DNA from: Lama glama
Taxonomy: Eukaryota
Assembly (NCBI GenBank): GCA_028534125.1
Contig: CM052817.1
Coordinates: forward strand, 7,938,001-8,002,000
Direction: 5' to 3'
Length of the DNA stretch: 64,000 nt
The position numbers and the translations under genes are program-made. The notes under the pieces were generated by a model that did no database searches, had not been told where the DNA came from, and saw only the letters and a program-made list of their open reading frames with translations. Positions 37,799 to 50,698 of this stretch are shown here, one piece after another (position 1 is the first letter of the stretch; the number at the start of each line of letters is the position of its first letter).

Positions 37799-38251
37799 GT
37801 CACATACAAGCAGTACAAGCAGAATTTGAGATGCACTTCAGCAAGAATAGTTGACACGTTTACAAAGTAGTTTATAAAGGTTGTCTCAAGCCCATTAACC
37901 TGTAAATTGCTCCCCATGTAGAGGGAGCTCTAAAAGTCACTGTGAAAATATTAACCGAAGGATTATATGTCATTTTTAGACGTCAAACATTTTCAGCACA
38001 GAATAGAAGAGATGGCTGAAGAGCCAGGCAAAAGCTGAATCAAAAACTATTTTATGAGGCACACTAAGGAAATTACCCTGTAGGAACTAAGGGACCATTG
38101 AAGAATTGTAACAATGGTAGTTGCATGACCCCATTTGCATTATGAAAGATTGCCCTTGCAGCCGAGGAAGAACGGGCCGGAAGACAGCAAGACTGGGGCA
38201 CAGGCCGGCCAGTTGGGCAGATGCTGTAACAGTTCAACAATAAATGATGAT

Positions 38252-38755
38252 TGTCCAGAGAAGGTGAGAGGAGACGCTTTCCATGGGTCTCCTTATGTTT
38301 CCCTGTGTCTTGTGAGTGAGGTACTGACTGCTCTCTATTCTGGACTACCTTTTCAAGGCCCTTTGCATGTCCAACAGCCTTGGAAGCACTAGAATCTTCC
38401 TCCAGAACAAAGGGAAGATACAGACAGCGTCTCCGTGCCCCACCACCTGCCAGAGCAAAGAGGAGACGTGCTTACTCATAAAAGGTGTGGTTTCCGAAGC
38501 TCAGAGTTCCTCTCCTGCCGTGAACTCACTGTGTGTGCAGGTGTCTTCTGGCTCTCACTGCATCATCCTGGGGGAACTGGGGCTCAGGGAAAAGGCACAA
38601 TGATGCCACCACCCTGGCTACTGCTATTACTGTGAGCAGTAAATCGTCCTTTGTCTTTGACCCATGAAACATCTCTTCTGCCAGCATCAGTGAAACCGTG
38701 GTGGGCTCAGTTATTCAATTAGGGAAAAATGTCAGTCTCTTCACCGTGTTTGACA
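38252..38755 (+). mobile_element. Probable older solo LTR inserted in an L2
   Basis: About 500 bp with TG...CA ends, TATA-like CATAAAA and AGTAAA followed by CCTTTGTCTTTGACCC. Flanks are L2-like. No clean TSD seen. Confidence 0.6.
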
Positions 38756-39155
38756 CTGGGATGTAACTGTTACAGCAGGAATGGAGAGAAGAGAACAGAT
38801 GTGAAGGAAATTTAATTGGTTTTTGGTGATGAGAGATGAAAATATTAAACTTGAGATAAATTCATTCTCCCTCTTCAATACCCTCCTTTCCTTCCAAGGA
38901 TGTGTCTATGACTCTATTCCATCCTTAGTCTTTCATGGTGCTGAAAGAGATGTGAATTAGGGGGAAACCCGAGAGGTACAGACAATTATGAGATTGATTT
39001 ATAGCAGAAAGAGTCTGGAGTAGATCATGAAACAAACAAACAAAAAAAGAGAATGGGGAATAAAAAATCCTTGGGTTTGGAAATAGTAGCAGGGTTTGAA
39101 GAGTTTTAGACCTTTTCAGGAAAAAAACCAAGAAAGAAGTAGCTCAGGGAGAGTT

Positions 39156-39200
39156 GATACATAGATAGATGGAGATGGATAGATAGATAGATAGATAGAT
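39156..39200. repeat. Imperfect (GATA)n microsatellite
   Basis: Read directly from the sequence. Confidence 0.9.
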
Positions 39201-40719
39201 TAGAAGATTTCAAAGTCTGCTGTGTAATATGAATGGGACCCCTCCCTAGTTTTGTACAGAATTCAGTAAAGGTTAAAATTATTTTAAATTTTCATTTTTG
39301 GTGGCCAAACTGCTGGATTTTTTTCTATGAATCCAAGCCAAGGTTAACTTCAAGGCAAGAGCCAGCAGATCAAGATATATGTAGGTTACACGTGTAAAAC
39401 TTGTCAAACAGTGATTTATTAGATGTGCTAGTTTTAAAAAAGAGAGAGAGAGACAGATCTATGATAGCACTCAGGTTTCTGGCTTAAATGTCTGGTTTTA
39501 TGGGGTTCCATTTACCACACTAGGTAATGCAGATGGAGGAGCAGGGTTGGGTGAAAGTTACAGGGTTCGATCTCGAATGTGTTGAGTCAGGAGTGCCTAA
39601 TGGGCGTGCCAGGGGGTGGCCTGGGCTGGAGTCTGTGGCAGTGATGTGGACCCCGCAGCAGTGGGACTGGATGAGAGACTGTTGCCAGGGTGGGTCCCTG
39701 GAGCGCTCCACAGGGAGAGCGAGGCAGGCCTGGGTGGGGTGGGGGGTGGGATAGGAGACAACTAGGGGAAGGGTGTCGCAGAATCACCCAAAGAGTGCAT
39801 GTCAAGAAAGCGAATCCAACGTTGCTACCCAGGAAGGAAAAAAATCGAGATTATTTCATTACTTTCCAGTCAAAGTAAAAAATGAAAAACAAAAACAGCA
39901 ATGAGATATAAACGGCTTTTAAAAAACATAATCATGTTTCAAAACAAGGCCAGTAAACCCTGCAGGCCACACATGGAAGAGCAACAGCAGTGAGTGGGAA
40001 GGGACTCGAGGCCCGCGGAGCTCCGAGCCAGGAGCCAGCAGGGGCAGCCAGCCCGTCCACAACTGCGATGGGAAAGAGGCCCCTGTCGGGTGATGGGGGC
40101 CAGTGTCAGGCTCGCCGCGTGAAACCTGGAGCCGAGCGGGAATCTTCCACCCGTGAAAGGAGGCGGAAAGCTGTGACCGCGGCCTGGGGCTGTGCAGATA
40201 TCAGACTGCGGCCTGGGTCAGCCGGGAGAGGAGGCCGCCACGAGGCCAGCTGGGTCCTGGGCACAGCCACAGCACATCTGTGCGCTCTCCCATCAGCAAC
40301 ACAAACTCTGTCCACCTTGGCCTCCCAGGACTCCCAGCTCTGTCATTTCAACTCAGGGACACTGCCAGACTGCCTGGCTCCCCCATCCCTGCATTGGCCC
40401 CTGGAAACTCTCCAGGCAGGAAACCAGGACATCACAGCCCACCTCGTGTGATGGCCCACCCTCAGGGCCACTGCCCTCTGCTGCTGAATGTTTCATGTAT
40501 GAAAACTCGTTTCTCACATTCTGTCCAGTTTTTTGTTCTGCCGAATGTGAGGGTAAATCTGGTTCCTATTACTCCATCTTGGCCAGAAGCAGGAATTTTT
40601 CCTACGACTTTCAGTGCCATCTGTCTTTTAAAGTGTGAGCTGTTGACTCCCAAGTTCACACTTGTAGCCCTTGCCTCTTCCCACCGCCAGCCGCCTGCCT
40701 GCCATCTTCATTTGGATGT

Positions 40720-41610
40720 CTAACAGTTCCCCAAACATATAATAACCTGCAGGAGTCTTACGGATTTACTGCCCCAGACGTGCACCTGTTCCTCCCCTCC
40801 CTCCACATCTTCTCATTGATGCAGGGAGCTCCTGGAGTTCCTGACCCTTCCCCTTCCCTCACCAGTCACTCCCAACTCCCACTCACATCCAGTGGCTTCT
40901 GTCCATTGCTCACCAGAATGCTAATTGCCTTTGTTCTCTTCTATCTCCAGTGCCTATGCCCAGGTCCAGACTACCAGTGTCTCTTGCCTCCACACTGATC
41001 TTCTCTGTCCGGTCTGTTCCCCTTTGACACTAGTCTCCACATAGCAGATGAAATAACGCTGTAAAATATTGATCTAGCCACACGAGCCCTCTGCATCACT
41101 CTCACGTCCTTTCATTGCACTTTGAGCCAAACTTGAGGCGCTTCCACAGTGCAGCCTGGCCCATGCTCCCGGGTTCCACCTTTCCCACTACACACATGGC
41201 ATTGGTTTCCACTCCACTTCTTGAACATTCCAAACCAGCCCCTGTCCCAGGGTCTTTATACGTGCTGTTCCCTCCGCCTGGAATTCATTTCACACTCTGG
41301 CTTCTCGACCTTCGAGCCTGTCTGTCACCTCTTCAGGGAGGGCTTCGTTGTCCAGTCCATGGAGTGAACATCCAAGTGCAGTCCTGCCCTCGCCCTTTTG
41401 CCACCTCAACCCTTGTTTGTTTCTTTTCCAGCACTTAGAGTTTATCATGTCTTTCTGTTTCTTTTTGTTCACAGTGTCCTGTCTGTCTTTCTCATTCAGA
41501 TGTCAGCAGCAGGAGGACAGGAACACAGGCAGTCTTGCTCATCATTCTAATCCCAGCATCTAGCATAGTGCCTGGCTCGACGTGTGTTGAATGAATGGCT
41601 CAATCAATCA
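40720..41610 (+). mobile_element. L2 3' fragment
   Basis: Ends with TCCCAGCATCTAGCATAGTGCCTGGC...TGTTGAATGAATG, the L2 tail. Confidence 0.7.
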
Positions 41611-41622
41611 AAAACTCAATGA

Positions 41623-41721
41623 GGGGTCGGGGATAGAGCTCAGTGGTAGAAGAGCATGTGCTTAGCATGCACCAGGTCCTGGGTTCAATTCCTAGTACCT
41701 CCAATAACAAACGAAAAAAGA
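41623..41721 (+). mobile_element. tRNA-derived SINE, Vic-1-like (camelid)
   Basis: GGGG...AGCTCAGTGGTAGAAGAGCATGTGCTTAGCATGCACCAGGTCCTGGGTTCAATTCCTAGTACCTCCA with pol III A/B boxes and an A-rich tail. TSD AAAAACTCAATGA (41610-41622) and AAAAGCTCAATGA (41722-41734). Confidence 0.88.
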
Positions 41722-41829
41722 AAAAGCTCAATGAATTGATGAATGAACAAGAAAGTGTAACTTCATCCTGAATCAGATTCCTATTTTGTTCTAACTGTGG
41801 CCTGGACAGTGATGGGAGGAGGCAAGCCT

Positions 41830-42000
41830 GGCAGCAGTGAGGACAGGAGGAGGTGGCAAGGGAGGCACCTAGTGCAAAACATTTAAGGAAGCACTCACTC
41901 TCCTGGCCATGCAATCTGGGAGTCAACACCCAAGTATGAGTGCTTCCTTAAATGTTAAGCCCTAGGTACTTACCTGGCCTCCCCCTGGCTCCAGCCCTGG
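41830..42000. mobile_element. Palindromic MER96-like hAT element
   Basis: Perfect 20-bp inverted repeat AACATTTAAGGAAGCACTCA (41878-41897) and TGAGTGCTTCCTTAAATGTT (41937-41956). Confidence 0.75.
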
Positions 42001-42914
42001 GCAGCAAGGATACTTTCTGGGAGATTATTGAGACAGTTCAGGCAACAGTTGACAGTGGTCATGGCAATGAACAGAAGTGGGTCTATCTGAGACATGCTGA
42101 GGAGACCTAGACCCTGCAATGCCCAGTCTCTGGCTCACGCTGTACAGATCTCCCCGCTCAGTCTGCCTAAAAGCACACTGGGCTTCCTTCTCATTTTCTT
42201 AACCTGTCTATTTTACATTTTTTCCAAGCCTCCAGAGTTAGCTTAGCCATTTGTCACCTTATTAGCCACAAGTGGCATTATTGGTAAAAAAAAAAAAAAG
42301 AGTTCCAAAAGGACATGAGGAAAGGTTTGAGGTTCATGGACTCAGAATTTGAGGGCATTGTAACAGAAGAGAGGGGAAGTCATTAATTTAGTCTAGCTTT
42401 CCTTGAACCATGTACCCACAGAATGCTGGCATCTTGGGACTGGACAGGACAAGGTGTTCCAATGAAAAAAATCCAAAAACTGAAAAATCTTTCTATTGGT
42501 AGGTGGTATGACTCGGTGATGGGGAATTAAATAAATACATAGAAAAACATTTACATTTTTCTAAAAAAAATTGTTTCTCAACTATTTAGTGCATTTGCTT
42601 CTTGTCTTTATCTCATTTTAGGTGGTGTGAAACTTAACAGAGAATAATAAACTTTTTTTTTTTTTACATAACACAGTAGTATTTCCCGGATCCTGCTAGG
42701 AATACCGTGACTTCTGCCTGCTGTCTCCTGAACATGCCTGAGGTATATGCCTCTCCCTCCCTTGTATTCCAATATAATACACTGAGATGCCCAAGTTTAC
42801 CACGCATATCGAGAGCTGTACACAAATTCAGAGACTCCCACTCCAGTCAGTGCCATCCCTGTTACAACAATCTGCTCTTTTCCCTGTTAATGCTTTCATC
42901 ACCAGGTCTGCTAC

Positions 42915-43295
42915 CCGTATCAGTCAGGATGGGCTCAGTTAGGCTGCAGTAACAAACAACTCCAAATCTCTGAGATTTTACAGACACAAACACACAGATA
43001 TTTTACCCTTACGCACATCTCCAGGGCAGATGGATGTGGTGGGACAGGCTAAGGGAGGGCTCTGTTACCCTAACAGATACAACTCGATACATGTTTCCAG
43101 AAGTGAGAAGGGAATGTGGAAAACCATGCACAGATTTTTTTAGTTTCTGTCCAGAAGGGACATATGTCACTTCTGTTCAAATGCCATTGGCCAAAGCCAG
43201 TCACATGGCTGTGGCTGATTTTAACAAGGGCAGAGAATCACAAACTTGCCAAGCAGAGAGGGATTTGGTGAACAATCCTAATGATTATCACATCA
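42915..43295. mobile_element. Old MLT1-type MaLR LTR
   Basis: GTATCAGTCAGGATGGGCT...GCTGCAGTAACAAACAACTCCAAATCTC...ATGTCACTTCTGTTCA...TTGGCCAAAGCCAGTCACATGGC. Confidence 0.7.
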
Positions 43296-45929
43296 TTTAC
43301 AAGAAGAGGGGCTGGGGCAGGAGGAGAAGGAGAAGAAGAAAAACCTCAAGAAGAAGAGAAGGAAGAAAGTTTAAAAACTGCTCGTGCTCAGGGATTAGAA
43401 GGCTTACATTTTCTTAACAAGATGTGTGATCTTGGGTAATTTACTTAATCCTATGATGTCTCCGTTTCCTCGCCTGTAAAACAGGACTAAAAGCATCTAC
43501 TTCCTATAGTGGTTGTGGAGACTCAACCAGATAATCTCTGCCAGTGCTATTCCTGTGCCGGGCACAAAGTAGATGCCCATGAAATAGCCATGATCGCTGT
43601 GGATATGGCCGTTTCCAAAGCACTTTCAAGTCCATCAGTAGGTCTGATCCTCATGACAAGTCTGTAAGGTCAGTAAGGGGGATTATTATCATCCACATGT
43701 TACAGATGTGGAAAGAGGTTCTTTGAAATCGAGCTGTCCCAGCAGCTGCCTGCTGCTCCGTGGACGCAGCTGGGGGACCCTGGGCCACGGGGCTGCAGAC
43801 CCCAGTCTTGTCCGCATGTCCTCCTCTCCTTCTCCCTCTCTTTTCTGGGGATTTATTTTTAAAACTTCACTTGTGGTGGGTGACTATTTAGGTATATATT
43901 GAACTAGAAGACTGAAAAATAAGAATGTAAACATGTGACTTTGGCCCAGGCCAGAAGACATAACACCTGTGTTAGCAGAAGCGTGTGGAAAGCCTCCGGA
44001 CATATTTCTGGAACGTTTTTCACACATGTGAATGAAAGACTCACCCGGGCCGCACACAGAAGACAGGCATGCCCGGGGACTTTGGCGGTCCCCGGGTGAG
44101 ATCACCCCCTCCAGGAAAGGAGGCCCAGGAGGCCGGGAACCATGCTGTTGCGGCTTCCATTCAGGGCTGCATGCATTGTTGCATTTGATAAATATTAAAC
44201 TCTCGGTCGTGTAAAAAGATGAGCTATGCTCAAAGGCAGCTGGAAACAGATGCACTGCAAATGCCTTTGCCCCTCCAGCTAAGTCTGAGGGAAGGCTGGT
44301 TTCTTCGTCCTGAAAGTGAAAGTAAGAGCAAGTTCTGTCTTCTAGCAAAGTGAGCACTTAAAGACAGAACCCAGAGTCTCCAGAGAGACAAACGCAAGCT
44401 TTGTTGCTGCGTCCCACCATCCCTAGCCAACCACTTAGGGACGGAGGGCCTCGAGGTCAGGAGTGAGAAGGAGTTGCAGCTCTTACCCTCCAGCCAGGCT
44501 CTAGGAGATGCGGAGAGAGAAGTGGATGGTTGGTTGCTGTCCCAGCAACCTGCACATCCTGAAAACCAAATTCCACCAGAGCTTTGGAGCTTTCCAGAAA
44601 CCCACCCCTAGAACCCTGGCTTCCAGCACTCCTGCCCTGATAGCCCCCACTCACCCTCCTCTTTCTCTTCTGCCTCACAATGCCCTCACAACTGATCACT
44701 GGTACACCTCCGATTGCTTCAGGTATAACAGGACATAGAAAAATGCATGCCCCTCAGTTTCAGATGATCTGGGGAAGGCTAGGTGGTGGGTGAGGCTGAA
44801 CCTCAAAGGAAGGGACCTTGAACTTTATGTCAGGTGGTGGGCGGGGGCTTGGGGTCTGTGCACAGCAAGATGTAGGCATGTCTGGGGCAGGGAATTTGGA
44901 AGACAGCAAAGCCCAATGTGGGAAGCCCACCAGGTGGGACAAAGCAGGGTGCTGAGAGACAGAATTCTCACCCCTTCCTCCCAAATCTGCATTAACATTA
45001 CTGAAATCATAACATGTACCCATAGGAGTAGATATTTTTGGATAAATAAAATGGCCAAGGGGCCATGGTCAATTTCCCAAGTGGTCCAGAGCCAATCCAT
45101 GGCACATGGAGTTGCAGCAGCAGAAAGAGAGGAGACCATGAGGAAGAAGAGGAGCAAGAATTTGTGGAAATTGCAAGGAGGATTCTGGATTTTCGCCACC
45201 AAAACAGTAGGTGTTCAAACTAAGTCAACCAGAAGCCCCAGGGCACAGCTGAGGGACTGTCATGGGTTTCTGTTAATTTAGTCTTCCCAACTGGAGCATA
45301 AGTATTTTGAGGGTGGAAACCACAGCTTGGTTGTCACCATGTCACCACCATCACAGTGCCTTTGCACACAGCAGGTACTTAATGATTACTGATGCATTAA
45401 GCTGTTTTCCCAATCCCTCTACACACAGCCCCCAGCATGGCGCACTGAAGACTCGACAATGGACTGAAGCAGCGGGGCGTGCGGTAGCAGTGGCGCGGGA
45501 ACTGGGAGTGTGGGAGGCTGGGGTTTTCATTCCAGCTCAGCGGATTGCTAGTCATGCCCTGAGGACAAGGTGCCTAGCCCCTCTGGGCCTCAGATTCCAC
45601 ATAAGTAAAATGGGCATTAAAATCTCACTGAGGAACCAAAATATTAGCTACTTAATGGAGGGAAGTGATCGTGAAAATCCTGACTACAGCAGAGACTCAT
45701 AAATTACAGCTTGTTATACAAATGATTTTTTAAACCTTTAAAAAAATATATTACTGACACTTTGGGAATGTAACTAGGAAAGAAATGAGTTTCAGGACAG
45801 GCCATGCATGTCTGCGAAAAGGTTCTGAGCACGCACCACCACTTGGACATGATAAACACAGATCCTCTGATGTGCCTGCCGGGAACAAACATTCCCTGCT
45901 CACCACGCTTCCACCCTCTGCCTCTCTTG

Positions 45930-46330
45930 CCAGCCCCTGTCTGTGTATCATCTCTGTGTCTCTGCACTTCTGTCTTTCTCTCTAACTCTTTCATGCTGTA
46001 CTCTCAGTTGCAGTGTCTCCCTCCGTTTCTGTATGTCTCTGTTTCTATTCCTGTTTTTTGCTCATCGTCTCCTGGCTCCTGCCTCTTTTTGTCCTTCAGT
46101 TTCTCTCTCTGTCACTCTCTCACACCTTGTATTTCCTCCCTCTGATGATCTCTCTTTGCTTCTATCTCTCACTGTCTTTCTCTCTTGTCTCCCCATCTCT
46201 TTCTGTCTCTTCCTCTCCTTCGTCTGTTCTTCTCTGCATCCTTGCCTTGTCTCTGTCTCTTCTATGATGACTCTGTGTCTGTCTGTCTGACCATCTCTCT
46301 GATAGGGTCCGTCTCTCCCCTCTTCCATGC
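45930..46330. repeat. TC-rich low-complexity polypyrimidine tract
   Basis: About 400 bp of degenerate (TC)/(TCTG) units with strong strand asymmetry. Confidence 0.85.
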
Positions 46331-49300
46331 TTTATGCCGTGGTGCTCACAGAGACTGAGATTCCACCCACACTGTGACCTCTCACGTCAGCCTCTCCCTT
46401 GACTGCTCACACTCACTATGACCATGTCTCATCCGAGTCCCCCGGTCAGTATAAGTCTCCCTTGTTCACTTTGGGCAGGAGCTGGGGCTTATGGACAGCC
46501 ATGCAGCACAGCCCAGACCCGGAGGCAGGGAGGCCATGTGTCTGGCCTCACTCTGTCCTGGGGGAGGGGCCCTGGCTTCCCTCTCCCACGGGGACATCTG
46601 GTCAGGGTGGGCCCCCAAAACAAGGCCACCCTGAATCCCCACGAAACATGTGGCCAACATTTATCTTTCATGGACCTCTAGGTTGTAAGATTGTTATTTT
46701 TGTGTATTTTTCTGATTGTCCAAATTATAGATGCTGTCAAGTAGAAAGCTTAGACAGTATGAGAAACAGTAAAGATGCAGAAAGAAAAGCCATGTGTTAT
46801 CCTACCGCCCAGAGGCAGCCTCTGCTGTCATTCTGGCATATTTTTGTTTAGGATTTTTCTCATGCATTTTGTTATTTGTCTTTACATAGATAAGATCACA
46901 TTAGACCTAGAACTGTGCAATGTCTTCTGTTGTTTTGAATATTCTATCATTTTTATTTTCCTTTGTCCTGGAAGCTTTCTGGATACATAGTTTTCTCTCC
47001 TTCTGGGAGACAAAAAAAAAGGGGAATCTTCAGTGGCTCCCCATTTCTCAAAGGAGAAATTCAAGTATTTTAACATGGCTTACCACTGTAGCCTACCTCT
47101 TCTGATTCCAAAACTCTACACTGAACAACAGCCAATCAGGGCTCTTCTAGTTTCCCAAATGCATAAGGTCACCTTAGCAACTGGTCTTTGCACACACCCT
47201 TCTCTCTGTGTAGAACACAAGTGTCTGAGTTTTTTCATGAATCAGCTTAGCTATCACTGTCCTCTGAAAATGTTCCCTGGTCCCTCCAGACGTCCTCCCC
47301 ATCCTACATTTAGGAACCATGCCTATCGCATTCCACACTTCCCCTCGCAGAGAACCTGCCCCTGGTATAGTTGCCTGGTCACTTGATGTCATCCTCGCCG
47401 AACCACTCAGAGGGCATCTGTACTAAATGACACCCAGAAAGCATCTGGCACAGAGCAGATCCTTTGTGAATATCGGTGTTAGCTGAGTCATCCGTGAGAA
47501 ATTCGCCAAACCATTTATTCCCTTGATGTTGGCCTTGTAGGTCGCTTTCACTTTCCCCAAGTGATAAATAACCCTATTAAGTAGCTCATTCACAAAGCTT
47601 TGTCTGTGTTTCCATTCATTTGCATAGGCTGAACACTCCAGATACCGTAAAATAGCAAATTGTATGTATCATCGTTGTTTAATGTTAGGTCCCTCTGACA
47701 GCTTAGGGTCCCTGCTATAGATTTCTCGTCCTAAAAGCTACTGATGGGTTGAAGAGAGGCAGGGGAAACTGTCAGTGGGATTTAAGAGTGGAGAGGTTTT
47801 ACCAAATTTAAAACTGTTATTAAGTGAGAATCTTTGAGCTGATGATCCTTATAGATCATGAAGCCTTGAGTTATGAGATTTACTCCAAGTTACTTAGCTT
47901 TTTTTCTGCTGATGGAACATTTAAAGTCCTCCCCACCCCACCCAAGGTAACTGTTGCACGTTTGGTCAGCTCAAGAAGCATGATGGGTTTGGCAAAGGAT
48001 GGTGGTCAACGGAAGACACGAAGCGATACTGAGTCAAAAGCAAGGTAACTTCCCCTGTTCCCTAACTACCCTGCAATCCGAGATAAAATCCTAGATTTTG
48101 GAACCATTATTCACTGAAATATTGAACACCTGCTAGGTGTCAGGAGCTGTGTTTTGTTTGTTGGTTGGTTGGTTGGTTGGTTTTATTCTGGGAGTGAGAA
48201 ATTAGTAATAAGAAACAAGTGCTTACCCACAGGAGCTCCCAGGCTATGGAAATGATTTGCAATATGTATTGAAAATGTGATGGCAGTAAGGAACCACGGG
48301 GAAGGACACCTCACTCAGGGGGCGGAAGGGACCCAGCCTGGGGCAAAGTGAGGGCAACAGGGAAGCACAAAATGTGCAAATACCCTTGGGTGTGGTTCAC
48401 TGGGAGGTCAAAGGTCAAAGTGTTAGCAGTAGGAGTCGATGACGCCTTTGCAGGTGCTTTTCAGCCACAAAGCTGCAACACACTGGTTAGTTATGAGGCT
48501 GTATCACAAGAGATAAAAGAGTAAAGCTTTTTGAAAAAAATTTTTTGTTTTTAGCAAATCAGAGTGTATTTCAGGTTGTCCCTCTTGCGAACGTTACTAG
48601 TTCTCAATTCATTCTGATGCGCTGTCTCTCTTAGCCCTCAGGGAAGTAAAAGTCTGTGTCAGCCTGGCCTTTGAATTCTCTGTGACCTTTTTGGTTGGCC
48701 GTAAAGTGAGCTCTACTTTAAACCAAGTTTAAGAGGATGCCTGCCCTTCTCAATCTCTTTGGCTTGGGTTTCAGACAAGCTAACTTTGGAAATTATGTCT
48801 AATCGCATTTGAATCCAAATCAAGGCCTAGCTTCAAACCATTGGCCTCTTTTCCTAGGCGATGGGGGAATAAATACAACATTGACAGCACAGCTGTTTCT
48901 CCTGAAAGGACCTGGCATCTCATGTAGTTTATTTCCCGTATTTTACAGAAGTGGAAAACGAGGCTCCGAGAGGCGGCATCATTGCCCAGGATCACAGCTC
49001 TGCATCCTTAGCCACGGAGAGGTCATGAGGAACCACACGTGAGCCGCAGTTGTAAGTGGAGCAGAGGAGGTTGAAGAAAAAGTCGGTCAAGAGGAGAGAA
49101 TGAGAAAGGTGCTCAGTAGAAAGAGAAGAACAAATCAGATGGGCAGGAAGTTAGCAAACCCCATTAAAGCGAGAATCCTACAGTGCAGCTCCCTGCTCTC
49201 TTGTGTCCGTGGGCCCCAGAGTGACCTCGGCTCTGGAAAGGTCACGCTGTTCTCGCTTTCCTGAATTTCAGTCTTCCTCCCACTAAGGAATGTGATGCAA

Positions 49301-49575
49301 TGCAATGGGATGCAGGAATCACTGTCTGAATTTCTATTTCTCTTCACTTTACCTCAGAGTAAGAAAAATACACTCTGTTATTTAATCTATATGTTGACAC
49401 CGATACCTTTACTAGACGCATGTCAGATGGTTACAGCTGGGGAAGCATCTAGAATGTTAGGTGTGAGAACAAGCTAAGAGAATGAAGGAAGTCTCCCAAC
49501 ACAGAGGGGCTGGCTGCCACTCACCTAGCCAGTTGAGGTGGACGGCAGTGGCCTGTGGTCTCGGAGCACCCGCCG

Positions 49576-49676
49576 GCTATGGACTAAACATTCGTGTCCC
49601 TCCAAAATTCATATGTTGAAACTTTAACCCCAATATGATAGTATTTGGAGGTGAAGACTTTGGGAGGTAATTAGAT
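49576..49676 (+). mobile_element. MLT1A/B-type LTR 5' fragment
   Basis: GCTATGGACTAAAC...GTGTCCCTCCAAAATTCATATGTTGAAA...GTATTTGGAGGTG...TTTGGGAGGTAATTAG. Confidence 0.8.
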
Positions 49677-50611
49677 TTTTGTTTTGTTCTGGTTTTTTAG
49701 CGGGGGACTTCGTTTGGACTGCATCTTCCAAAGGGTGGCCTCGCTTAGGATCTCTTTATAAGGACAAGCACATCTCAGCCAGCAGTTACACTAAGGCTCC
49801 CAGCCCACCTGGTCTATCTGCCAGGAACTGGCCAAGGTGGGGGAATGACCCGCCTGACTTTCAATTTAAAATGAGGCAGATGATGTGTTTTACCAGTTGT
49901 CCAGTTCCCTTCTTTCCTCTATCATGCATGGATCTCATATTCTGTAAAATTTTTAAAAGGACGTGTAGTATCAGCCTAGTCTAGTGTGCAACTACTGATA
50001 CATTTCAGATGATGATTCTTCCGAATGAATTAGTGAAAGTGAGGGGAAGAATTCTGAACAGGTAGGATAAATGATTGTTTTCATCGCAGCAGCTACTAGA
50101 CATTAAGTCTTTCCTGTCAGCCAGGCACTGTGTTAAATGCTTTCCTTTAACACCATTTCAAATAATCCTGATTCCAACCCTATAAAGCAAGTAGTGCTAT
50201 CATCCCCGATTTTCCGGTGAGGAAACTGAGGCCCAAGGTCACATGATTGCTACATGGAAGAGGCATAATTGAATCAAGGCTCTGAGTCTAAAGCTGGGCT
50301 CTTGGATACTTAGCCATCTTTTGACTGCTTTTACAAAACAACCACAAAATGCATGTTGACAAGTTTTACATACTTCGTCATGCCTTCAGGGTCAAGTTCA
50401 GAGATTCTCAAACCTGTTCAGGTGTTGGAGCACCTAAAAGTCAGGCAAGATACCAAGAAGTGGTTACATAGTTAATTAGATTTTTGGAATAGGAGTAGTT
50501 TTAGGAGCAGAAGAACACATGTGTTTATAACATCAAGAAGGCTCACCCAGAACAGGGACCCCTGGGGGAGCAGCTGTCACAGTGGGTATGGGAGACTGGA
50601 ATCTCAGCCCT

Positions 50612-50698
50612 TATCTTTTTTTTTAATTTTAATTGAAGTACAGTCCGTTACATTGTGTCAGTTTCTGGTGTACAGCACAATCCCCAGTCATGCACACT
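50612..50698 (-). mobile_element. Very short L1 3' terminus
   Basis: T-tail followed by AATTGAAGTACAGTC...TGTGTCAGTTTCTGGTGTACAGCACAA...CAGTCATGCA, the reverse complement of the L1 end near 7010-7075. Confidence 0.85.

Noticed and set aside
41623..41702. tRNA gene
   Set aside because: The A-rich tail, TSD and degenerate cloverleaf indicate a SINE.
45804..46328. Hydrophobic Ser/Leu-rich ORFs
   Set aside because: Artefact of the TC-rich low-complexity tract.
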